A program made the translations under genes and the position numbers. From the NCBI GenBank assembly GCA_046290465.1, contig JBKAGP010000001.1:1760001-1824000 (forward strand): 64,000 nucleotides of DNA. Reading direction: 5' to 3'. Positions 31,514 through 40,174 of this stretch are shown here, in pieces. The notes under the pieces are model-generated. The model was not told the DNA's origin. It did no database searches and was given only the letters and a program-made list of their open reading frames with translations. Numbering within the stretch: the first letter of the stretch is position 1; every line of letters begins with the position of its first letter. The DNA is from Planctomycetota bacterium (GTDB lineage: Bacteria; Planctomycetota; UBA1135; UBA2386).

Positions 31514-31517
31514 CCCG

Positions 31518-32390
31518 CTACAGATACAGGTCGGCGCAGCCCGCCGCGAACATCACCACCGCCAGAGTGCCATTCGCGGTGAAGAACGCCGCCTGGATGC
31601 GTGACAAGTCGTCGGGGCGCAACAGGCGATGCTGCCAGACCAGCAGGCAGGCCGCGAGGCCGACCCCGATCAGGTAGCCGGTCGACAGCTGCGTCATCAG
31701 GCCGAAGCCGACGAAGCCGCCGAGCGCCAGCACGTGCAGCGAGCGGCTGATCCACATCGCCCCGCGGCGGCCGAGCAGCACCGGCAGCGAACGCAGCCCG
31801 CGCTCGCGGTCGAACTCGTCGTCCTGGCAGGCGTAGAGCACGTCGAAGCCGGCGACCCAGGTGGCGACCGCGAGGCCGAGCACCAGCGGCGCGTAGAGCC
31901 GTTCGCCGAACGCGCCGTCGACGGCGAACCAGGCCGCGAACGGCGACACGCCGAGCGCGACCCCGAGCCACAGGTGGCACAGCGACGAGAACCGCTTGGC
32001 ATAGCTGTAGCCGTAGAGCCACAGGATCGTCGGGATGCCGAGCAGAAAGCACGCCGGCGACAGCAACCAGCAGAAGCCGAGGAAGGCCGCGCCGGCGCCG
32101 AGCGCCAGCAGCAGCGCGCTGGTGGCGGTCACCCGACCAGCCGGGATCTCGCGGTTGCTGGTGCGAGGGTTGGCGGCGTCGAGTTCACGATCGGCCCAGC
32201 GATTGAACGCCATCGCCGCGGTGCGCGCGGTGACGACCGCGCCACAGACCAGCCCGACCAGCCGCGGCGAAGGCGCCCCGTCGGTCGCGACCAGCAGCGA
32301 CAGCAGCGCGAACGGCAGCGCGAACACCGAGTGCGACAGCTTGACCAGACCGGCGAAGGCCTGCGCCCGTTCGACGACGGCGCCGCTCAC
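31518..32390 (-). CDS. ubiA: UbiA-like polyprenyltransferase (MqnP-type)
   Basis: VKLSHSVFALPF, ARTAAMAFNRWADRELDAANPRT, YSYAKRF, WVAGFDVLYACQD. Confidence 0.88.
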   Translation of the reverse strand: MSGAVVERAQAFAGLVKLSHSVFALPFALLSLLVATDGAPSPRLVGLVCGAVVTARTAAMAFNRWADRELDAANPRTSNREIPAGRVTATSALLLALGAGAAFLGFCWLLSPACFLLGIPTILWLYGYSYAKRFSSLCHLWLGVALGVSPFAAWFAVDGAFGERLYAPLVLGLAVATWVAGFDVLYACQDDEFDRERGLRSLPVLLGRRGAMWISRSLHVLALGGFVGFGLMTQLSTGYLIGVGLAACLLVWQHRLLRPDDLSRIQAAFFTANGTLAVVMFAAGCADLYL

Positions 32391-33034
32391 GCTTCGCCCT
32401 CGTCCCACGGCGACGACGCCTCGGGGGTCTGCCAGCGCGCGACCAGGTCGTGGGGGATCGACAGGCGATCGAGGATCTTGCCGACCACGAAGTCAACCAG
32501 CTCGGCGATCGTCGTCGGCCGCTGGTAGAAGCCGGGCATCGCCGGCAGCACCACCGCGCCGAGCCGCGTCAGCTTGAGCATGTTCTCGAGGTGCAGTTCG
32601 CTGAGCGGTGTCTCGCGCGGCACCACCACCAGCGGCCGGCCCTCCTTGATGGCGACGTCCGCGGCGCGCTCGACCAGGTTGCTGGAGAAGCCGTGCGCGA
32701 CCCGCGCCAGCGTGCCCATGCTGCACGGCACGACGATGGTCGCCGCGATGCCGGCGCTGCCCGACGCCGGCGCCGCCTCGACGGCGGCCAGGTCGTGCAC
32801 GTGCAGGCGCTGGCGCAGTTCCTCCTCGAACAGCCCGGCGAGGTCGGGGCGCTGCAGGTCCAGCCGGTAGCCGCATTCGTGCACCAGCACGCGGATCGCC
32901 GCGCCGGTCGCGCACAGGTGCACCTGGTGGCCCAGCCGCAGCAGCACCTCGACCAGTCGCTGGCCGTAGACGCTGCCGCTGCCGCCGGAGAAGCAGACCG
33001 CGTAGGTGCGCGGCTCGATCGGGTCGCTGGTCAC
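32387..33034 (-). CDS. ubiX: flavin prenyltransferase
   Basis: SGGSGSVYG, ASGS, PCSMGTL, RAADVAIKE, VPRETP, PAMPGFY. Confidence 0.93.
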   Translation of the reverse strand: MTSDPIEPRTYAVCFSGGSGSVYGQRLVEVLLRLGHQVHLCATGAAIRVLVHECGYRLDLQRPDLAGLFEEELRQRLHVHDLAAVEAAPASGSAGIAATIVVPCSMGTLARVAHGFSSNLVERAADVAIKEGRPLVVVPRETPLSELHLENMLKLTRLGAVVLPAMPGFYQRPTTIAELVDFVVGKILDRLSIPHDLVARWQTPEASSPWDEGEA

Positions 33035-33798
33035 AGGCGCAGGTAGAAGTAGAGGTTGTAGACGGTGTGCGTGTAGACGCAGACGCCGTAGCCGCGTCCC
33101 CACATCAACAGGCCGAGCAGCACGCCGGCCATCGTGCGGAACAGGAAGCGGCCGCGGTCGTACGGCTCGCCACACAGGTGGTGGAACCACGAGAACACCA
33201 GCGCGCTGACGACGACCGCGAACATGCCGGCGAGCACCCGTGGCAGCGCCCACTCCCGCACCGCGCGCATGCCGAGCCAGACCAGCAGCGACATCAGGCC
33301 GAGACGGAAGACGAGCTCCTCGAACACGCCTGCGCCGATCGATCCGACCATGTTGGCGATCTGCTCGTTGCCGGGCGCCGACGTGGACAGCAGGCGGTTC
33401 GCGGACGACGTCATCGCGGATGCGATCGGGCCGAGCATGACGCCGTAGACCACGCCCTCGAGCGCGATCACCGCGACGACGCGGGCCCACGGCACCTTGT
33501 GCTTGACCAGCCAGTTGGCGGCGGCGGCGATCAGCAGCGCGAACGCGACGCTGACGACCATGTGGGCGCGGTCACCCAGGCGCGCGAGCTGCTGCAGCAG
33601 CAGCACCTCGGCGCCGTTGCGTTCGTCGGGCGCCAGCTGCCAGCGCGCCACCATGTAGAACAGCCACAGCGGCAGCACGGCGAACAGACCGACCGCCGGC
33701 TCGCGCGACCAGTGGAAGTAGCCGCCGGGTCGCAGGGGCCCCGAGGTCTGGTCCTCGACCACGACCTTGCCGGGCTCAGCCTTGCGGGACTTCGGCAC
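33031..33798 (-). CDS. CPBP family intramembrane glutamic endopeptidase
   Basis: GAGVFEELVFR, FSWFHH, HTVYN; multiple TM segments. Confidence 0.85.
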   Translation of the reverse strand: MPKSRKAEPGKVVVEDQTSGPLRPGGYFHWSREPAVGLFAVLPLWLFYMVARWQLAPDERNGAEVLLLQQLARLGDRAHMVVSVAFALLIAAAANWLVKHKVPWARVVAVIALEGVVYGVMLGPIASAMTSSANRLLSTSAPGNEQIANMVGSIGAGVFEELVFRLGLMSLLVWLGMRAVREWALPRVLAGMFAVVVSALVFSWFHHLCGEPYDRGRFLFRTMAGVLLGLLMWGRGYGVCVYTHTVYNLYFYLRL

Positions 33799-34471
33799 GG
33801 TAGATGGCGGCGATGCCGCCGGTCAGCAGCCGCTGACGCGGCGACCGGAGCCCCGCCTGCTGCATGAGGTCGAGGAACCGCTCACGTTCAGGGAACGCCT
33901 GCACGGAGTCGTGCAGGTAGCGGTAGGCGTCGTTCTTGTTGCCGCAGATCCACTTGCCCAGCCGCGGCAGCACCTGGCGGAAGTAGAAGCCGTAGAGCTG
34001 TGCGAACACCGGCAGGCGCGGCTTGCAGAACTCGAGCACGACGACGCGGCCGCCGGGGCGCACGACCCGCGCCATCTCGCGCAGCGCGACCACCGGATCG
34101 GCGACGTTGCGGATGCCGAACGCGACCGTCGCGAAGTCGAAGTGGTCGTCGGGCAACGGCAGGTTCATCGCGTCGGCGGCGAGGAACTCCGGACGGGTCG
34201 GGCCGCTCTTCTGCTTTCTGTGCGTGTGCGACAGCATCGGCGCGCAGAAGTCGGCGCCGAGCATCGTGGCACCGGCACGCTGCAGCGCGAAGCACAGATC
34301 GCCGGTGCCGGAGCAGACGTCGAGGCCGCGTTCGCCCGGCTGCACGTCGACGATGCGCACGGTACGGCGCCGCCACAGCACGTCGATGCCCATCGACAGG
34401 GCCCGGTTGGCGCGGTCGTAGCCCGGCGCCACGTCGGCGAACATGCGTTGGATGGTGGCGGCGTCGGGCAT
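33776..34471 (-). CDS. menG: demethylmenaquinone methyltransferase (UbiE/MenG)
   Basis: MFADVAPGYDRAN, LDVCSGTGD, FGIRNV, RVVRPGG, AYRYLHDS. Confidence 0.93.
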   Translation of the reverse strand: MPDAATIQRMFADVAPGYDRANRALSMGIDVLWRRRTVRIVDVQPGERGLDVCSGTGDLCFALQRAGATMLGADFCAPMLSHTHRKQKSGPTRPEFLAADAMNLPLPDDHFDFATVAFGIRNVADPVVALREMARVVRPGGRVVVLEFCKPRLPVFAQLYGFYFRQVLPRLGKWICGNKNDAYRYLHDSVQAFPERERFLDLMQQAGLRSPRQRLLTGGIAAIYRAEVPQG

Positions 34472-34511
34472 CTGCGGAACGCGATTCTGCGCCACGCGCC
34501 GGCGGATCACA

Positions 34512-34559
34512 AACGAAGAACGCCCGCCGCCACGTTCGTGGCGGCGGGCGTTCCTCGTT
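34512..34559 (-). terminator. long intrinsic terminator-like hairpin after the 1003-aa lipoprotein gene
   Basis: GAACGCCCGCCGCCACG-TT-CGTGGCGGCGGGCGTTC with T-rich tail on the minus strand. Confidence 0.75.
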
Positions 34560-34605
34560 CGCATCCGGGGGGTGAGGGTCCCCACCCCGTTCGCTCAGGC
34601 GTCCG

Positions 34606-37600
34606 TTACTGGCGCCAGTAGTTCGAGACGACGCGCACGCCCGGGACCGAGATGGTCGCGATGCGCGTGCCCGTGTTGATCTCGAACACGTCGACGTTGC
34701 CGACGTCCGACAGCGCGACGAACAAGAGACGCGGGATGACCGCCGCGGTCGGCGCGCCACCGACGTTCTTGATCACGTGCTTGCCCGAGTGGAAGTAGGG
34801 CGTCGCCGAGCCAGCACCGAAGAACGGGCTGACCTGACCGGTCGCGGCGCCGAAGTTGACCAGGTCGTCGTGGGCGAGGTCGATGATCGAGTTGCCCGAC
34901 ATCTGGTCGACGAACGAGCCCGGTGCCGGCGTGCCGCCGATGCGCTGGACGACCGTCCACTCCTTCTGGCGGAAGGTCGGCGGCAGGATGAAGCCGCCGG
35001 CAGACGGGTTCAGCTGCAGCTGGCCCTGCGGGGTGCTGGTCAGGTTCAGGCGCGAGACCTGCGCGAGGCCGGTCTCGTCCGTGTGGCCGATCATCACGCC
35101 GCCGAACGCCGTGTTGTTGTCGAAGATCATCGCGCGAGCCCGCGGGAACGAGACGTTCGTCACGGAGCCGATGATGTCGTTGAAGCCGATCCCGTTGACG
35201 CCGTCCGGACCCGACTCGTAGATCGCGACGGTGCCGTTGGCGTTGAGGATGTAGGCGTTGTAGACACCCGACACGTTGCCGGTGGTCTGGTAGCGCTCGG
35301 TCACGACCAGGTCGATCGGCTGGTTGAGGAAGCCGCCGAGCGTGCGACGCACGGTGAAGTCCTGGGCGCTGATGACCGTCAGGATGTTGGCGTCGGTCGA
35401 CACGCACAGCACGTCCTCACCGTCCGGCTGCCACGCGATGCCGGTCGGACCGCTCTCGACGCGGGTCTCGACCACCACCTGGTGGAAGTTCGGGCTGGTC
35501 GGGTCGATGTCGATGAACGACACCGACGAGCTGGCGAAGTTGGACACCGCCAGACGGGTCATGCTCGGCGACATCGCCATGCTGACCGGGTCCGACAGCT
35601 GGATCGTGTCCAGCACGGTGAAGCGGTTGCTGTTGACGACGACGACCTGCCGGTTGTCACGGTCGAGCACGTAGAGGAAGTGGCCGACCTGCTGACGCGA
35701 CGTGAACGGGCAGAACGGCGGCGGCGGCGGCGGCGAAGCCGGGGGCGGCTGCGGGCCGACGAACACGCCCATGAAGTTCGTGCCGTAGACACCGATCTCG
35801 TTCTGCACCGAGCTGAACGGGTTGCCGACCAGCAGCAGGTTGAGACCGACGGCGGCACAGTTGCTCGGCGGGCCACCGGTCGCCAGCGCACCGGTCGGGG
35901 CCACCGACGACTTGACCGCCGGCTCCTCGCCGAAGATCGCGCGGTTCGGGTTCGGCGGCGGGAAGATCAGCCGCGGCGGGTTCGGGATCGGCGGCTGCGT
36001 GATCGTGTTGCCCGACTGGACCAGACCGACGAGCTCGTTGACCTGGTTCGCTCGCGACGCGTTGCGGTTGATGTTCTCGTTGTTGTAGATCAGGTCGAGC
36101 GGCGCGCCGATGTGGATGTCGGTGACGTCGCTGACGATCGGATCGCGCAGCAGACGGGTGCTGCCGTTGGTGTCCTGCGTCAGGGTCAGCACACCCGCAC
36201 CACCGGCGTCGAGGTTCGACGTGCCCGGCGCCATCGACGGCACCACGCCCGGAACACCGATGTTCGGGTTGAGCGGCCAGCGGGTGTTGTTGATGTCACC
36301 GGTGCCCTGGCCGAAGCCGTGCAGGTCGATGACGCTGACGCCCGGCTCGGCGCCGCCGATGCCGACGTAGATCGCCTCGGGGGCGACCGGCGCGTTGACC
36401 AGGCCCGGACCGACGCCCGTCGTGTAGGACGTCGTGACGGCCTGACCGATCAGGTCGCCGTTGAGGCTGTTGATCGAGGTCGCCTGCACCGTCACGTCGA
36501 CCTGCGAGTTGCCCGGCAGGTTGTAGGCGGGACGCAGGATGTAGTTCATCAGGTCGCCGAAGCTGACCGGGTCCGCGTAGTAGATGACCGGGAAGGTCGA
36601 CGCGGCGGAGGTCACCTGCAGCGAGATACCGCCGGTCGGCGGCGTGAACAGCGACGGGTCGAAGAACGCACCGACCTCACCGGGCTGGACCGGCTTGTTG
36701 AAGCGGATCAGGATCGAACCGGTCGGGTCGATGCCCGTCTGGTTGTTGCCGGGGCTGATCTGCGGCAGCGCCGTGTAGCCGAGCACCTGCGGCGGATCCG
36801 GGTCAGGGCCGACCGTGGTCGCGACGCCAACCTCCTGCTCGAGGATGTCGTTCTCGGTGTCGCGCACCGCGTTGGTGATGACCAGGCGCAGCAGGCGGTT
36901 GTTCGGGAACGTCTCGAACGTCGTCAGGTCGCTGTCCGAGTCGGCCACGAACGTGAACGACTTGTTGGACACCAGGTCGCCGGCGCCGGGGTAGCTCGGG
37001 AAGCCGGCCGCGCGCGCGTCGATGATGTTGACGCCGTTGCTGCCGTCGTTCTCGACCGCCTGCACCTTTCGCAGCGTGCCACCTTCGTTGTAGTAGGTGA
37101 AGCCGTTGACGAAGCCGCGACCTTCGACGGTGACCGTGGTCTCGGTCGACGGGTCGTAGGCCAGCACCGTCAGCGCGCCGCTGAGGCCCGAGTTCGCCTG
37201 GTCCGCGAGCAGGTTGCTCAGGATCGAGTCGACGTCGAGCTTGTGCGAGAACGTGAAGTGCAGGAAGTGGTTGCCGGCGTCGCCGTTGGGCAGCACCGCC
37301 GTGGTCGGCAGCGTGGCGACCGGGAGCACGCCGTTGTTGCCGTTCACGAACTGCTTGAGGGTGTCCTCGCTTTCGATGTTGACGACCGTCGACGTCGGGT
37401 TGCCGAACGAGTCCGTCGTGCGAATGCGGTAGGGATACACGCTGCCGGAACCGGTGGAGATGCCGGTCACCAGGAACGCGCCCCGGTTGTCCGGGTCGCC
37501 CTTGGTGCCGCCGGTGCAGCCATGCGAGATGGCGAACAGGCCGACGACCGCGAGCGCGGAGAGGGAGCGAGCGGCGGGAGAAGCCGAGCGCGACCGATGC

Positions 37601-37617
37601 GATGGGTTGGCTTTCAT
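34606..37617 (-). CDS. large putative surface lipoprotein with Ig-like (Big_5) and YncE/YVTN-like beta-propeller domains
   Basis: Signal peptide ending ISHGC; ISPGNNQTGIDPTGSILIRFNKPV; propeller-like repeats (DPVSMAMSP, GPTGIAWQPDG). Confidence 0.8.
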   Translation of the reverse strand: MKANPSHRSRSASPAARSLSALAVVGLFAISHGCTGGTKGDPDNRGAFLVTGISTGSGSVYPYRIRTTDSFGNPTSTVVNIESEDTLKQFVNGNNGVLPVATLPTTAVLPNGDAGNHFLHFTFSHKLDVDSILSNLLADQANSGLSGALTVLAYDPSTETTVTVEGRGFVNGFTYYNEGGTLRKVQAVENDGSNGVNIIDARAAGFPSYPGAGDLVSNKSFTFVADSDSDLTTFETFPNNRLLRLVITNAVRDTENDILEQEVGVATTVGPDPDPPQVLGYTALPQISPGNNQTGIDPTGSILIRFNKPVQPGEVGAFFDPSLFTPPTGGISLQVTSAASTFPVIYYADPVSFGDLMNYILRPAYNLPGNSQVDVTVQATSINSLNGDLIGQAVTTSYTTGVGPGLVNAPVAPEAIYVGIGGAEPGVSVIDLHGFGQGTGDINNTRWPLNPNIGVPGVVPSMAPGTSNLDAGGAGVLTLTQDTNGSTRLLRDPIVSDVTDIHIGAPLDLIYNNENINRNASRANQVNELVGLVQSGNTITQPPIPNPPRLIFPPPNPNRAIFGEEPAVKSSVAPTGALATGGPPSNCAAVGLNLLLVGNPFSSVQNEIGVYGTNFMGVFVGPQPPPASPPPPPPFCPFTSRQQVGHFLYVLDRDNRQVVVVNSNRFTVLDTIQLSDPVSMAMSPSMTRLAVSNFASSSVSFIDIDPTSPNFHQVVVETRVESGPTGIAWQPDGEDVLCVSTDANILTVISAQDFTVRRTLGGFLNQPIDLVVTERYQTTGNVSGVYNAYILNANGTVAIYESGPDGVNGIGFNDIIGSVTNVSFPRARAMIFDNNTAFGGVMIGHTDETGLAQVSRLNLTSTPQGQLQLNPSAGGFILPPTFRQKEWTVVQRIGGTPAPGSFVDQMSGNSIIDLAHDDLVNFGAATGQVSPFFGAGSATPYFHSGKHVIKNVGGAPTAAVIPRLLFVALSDVGNVDVFEINTGTRIATISVPGVRVVSNYWRQ

Positions 37618-37999
37618 TGGGATGCGAATCCGCCCTTGGACGAGGGCGGTAGGGTCTACTCCGGGACGAGTCGAGCCAGAAGCCGTAGAACGTTACTTCG
37701 CCAGCATTTCCATGCAAGCGAACTCCGCGTGCCACGGCCCGGTCCGAACGCCCGGGCTGACGGGGTAGACGCAAGTCCGGTGCCACGTCGCAGAGCGGCG
37801 CAGGATTCCTGATCCGGACGCTGAACGGGTGCCGACCGGCCCGCACGATGCACGCGCAAACCGCGATGCTACGGTCGCTTGCATTGAATTCGAGGCCCCG
37901 ACGCCAGACTGCGTGCGCATCCGCACACTGTGCGCGAGCGCTCACGCACCGCCCAGAACTCCCTGGGCGGCGACGCTCGGCCCGGACTAACGTGCCGAG

Positions 38000-40147
38000 A
38001 TGAGACGCCCCCACCTGCTCGCGCTCACGGCCCTCGCGGCAGGCGCGGCGGCGCTGCCCGCGCAACAGCGCGTCGCCTGCCTCGGCGACTCGATCACGTT
38101 CGGCGCGCGCATCGCCGACCGCGAGCACGCCAGCTACCCGGCCCGCCTGCAGGCGCGCGACCCGGGCCGCGAGGTGCGCAACTACGGCGTCGGCGGCGCG
38201 ACCTTGCTGCGCGGCGCGGACCGGCCGTTCTCGGCGACCGCACGGTGGCGCGACGCGCTCGCCTGGGCGCCCGACGTCGCGATCGTGATGCTCGGCACCA
38301 ACGACACCTGCCAGGACGAACGGCGCGACAACTGGCGCCACCAGGGCGACCTCGAACGCGACGCACAGCACCTGGTCGACGAACTGCTGCAGGCCAACCC
38401 GGACATGCAGGTGCTGCTGGCGACACCGCCCGACATGGTGACGACGCAGCGCGGCCTCGACGCGGCGCGCGTCGCCGACCTCGAAGCCCGCGCGCCGCGC
38501 CTCGCCCGGATCGCCGCCGCGCTGCGCAAGGTCGCAGCCGCCCCGGACGACCGCGTCGATTACGTCGACATGCGCCGCACGCTGCGGGACCGCGACGTCG
38601 TCGACGGGGTGCACCCCGATCCGTTCGGGGCCGACCGCATCGCGCAGCGCCTGCACGAGGTGCTGGCCAACCCGACCGCCCGGCCAGCACCGGCACTCGC
38701 GTCCCTGCCGCTGGCGACCACCCCCGACACGTTCGACCGCTTCGACGGCGCGGCGTTCACGCTGCCCGAGACCGGCGCGCGCTGCCGGCTGTTCGCGCCG
38801 CACCGCGTCGCCAGGGGCGCGCCGTGGATCCTGCGCGCGCGCTTCTTCGGCCACCAGCCGGCGCTCGACATCGCGCTGCTCGACCGCGGCTTCCACCTCG
38901 CCTACTGCGACGTCGCCGACCTCTACGGCAACGACGAAGCGGTGCGCCGCTGGGACGAACTGCACGCGCTGCTGACCAGGCACGGACTGGCGCGGCAGGT
39001 CGTGCTCGAAGGCATGAGTCGCGGCGGCCTCGCGATCGTCAACTGGGCCGCGGCCAACCCGGACCTGGTCGCGGCGATCTACGGCGACAATCCGGTGGCG
39101 GACTTCCGTTCGTGGCCGGGCGGGCAGAGCGGCAAGCGTTCCGACCGGGATTGGCAGCGCTGCCTCAAGGCCTACCGGCTCGACGAGGACGGCGCCCGCA
39201 CCTACGCGCGCATGCCGATCGACCGCCTCGCCCCGATCGCGAAGCGACGCGTGCCGCTGCTGCTGGTGCTTGGCGAGCACGACCGGGTCGTGCCGCCGAT
39301 CGAGAACGGTGAACGGCTCGCGCATCGCTATCGACAGCTCGGGGGGCCTGCCACCGTCTGGCGCAAGCCGGGCCAAGGCCACCACCCCCACGGCCTGTCG
39401 CCGGTCGACCCGCTGCTGCGCGCGATCCTGCACGCGACCGGCCAGGCAGCGATGCCGACGACGCACCCGATCGCATCGGTCGAGTACCGCCGCGGCGCCG
39501 GCTGGAACGGCGACACCTGGCGGCAACAGGTCGACCGCATGCGCGCGCTGGCCGGTCGCCACCCGCATACCCGCGTCGTGCTGCTCGGGGACTCGATCAC
39601 CCAGGGCCTGACCGGCGCCACCGATCGCGTCGCGGTCGCCGGCGGCACGCGCCCGTTCGACCGCGCGTTCGGCGACGTCTCGGCGATCGGCCTCGGCCTC
39701 AGCGGCGACCGCACCGAGCACCTGCTGTGGCGCATCCGGAACGGCGCGCTGCGCGAGCTGGCGCCCGCCGTCGTGGTGCTGCAGATCGGCGTCAACAACG
39801 TCAACGCGGCGGGCCACACCGCGCCCGAGACCAGCGCCGGCATCGCCGCCGTCGTCGACGCGCTGCTGGCCGCCGAACCAGAGGCCCGCGTGCTGATCTG
39901 CGGCCCGTTCCCCGGCGGCGCCAACCACAGCCACGTGCGCCGCACGCTCGACGACGTGCACGCGACGCTGCCAGAACTCGCCACCCACGCGCGGGTCGAC
40001 TACCTCGACCTGCGCCGGCTGTTCGTCGACGAAGACGGCACCGCGAACGACCGCATGCGCAAGGACCACATCCACCTGACCGGCGCCGGCATGCAGGCCT
40101 GGCTCGACGCCATCGCCCCGCCGGTGCGGCGCCTGCTTTTGCGCTGA
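38000..40147 (+). CDS. secreted tri-domain esterase: SGNH + alpha/beta-hydrolase + SGNH
   Basis: GDSIT...GTND...DGVHP; GMSRGG...HHPHG; GDSIT...GVNN...DHIH. Confidence 0.85.
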   Translation: MRRPHLLALTALAAGAAALPAQQRVACLGDSITFGARIADREHASYPARLQARDPGREVRNYGVGGATLLRGADRPFSATARWRDALAWAPDVAIVMLGTNDTCQDERRDNWRHQGDLERDAQHLVDELLQANPDMQVLLATPPDMVTTQRGLDAARVADLEARAPRLARIAAALRKVAAAPDDRVDYVDMRRTLRDRDVVDGVHPDPFGADRIAQRLHEVLANPTARPAPALASLPLATTPDTFDRFDGAAFTLPETGARCRLFAPHRVARGAPWILRARFFGHQPALDIALLDRGFHLAYCDVADLYGNDEAVRRWDELHALLTRHGLARQVVLEGMSRGGLAIVNWAAANPDLVAAIYGDNPVADFRSWPGGQSGKRSDRDWQRCLKAYRLDEDGARTYARMPIDRLAPIAKRRVPLLLVLGEHDRVVPPIENGERLAHRYRQLGGPATVWRKPGQGHHPHGLSPVDPLLRAILHATGQAAMPTTHPIASVEYRRGAGWNGDTWRQQVDRMRALAGRHPHTRVVLLGDSITQGLTGATDRVAVAGGTRPFDRAFGDVSAIGLGLSGDRTEHLLWRIRNGALRELAPAVVVLQIGVNNVNAAGHTAPETSAGIAAVVDALLAAEPEARVLICGPFPGGANHSHVRRTLDDVHATLPELATHARVDYLDLRRLFVDEDGTANDRMRKDHIHLTGAGMQAWLDAIAPPVRRLLLR

Positions 40148-40174
40148 CCGGAGCGGCGCCTATCCTTCGGATCG

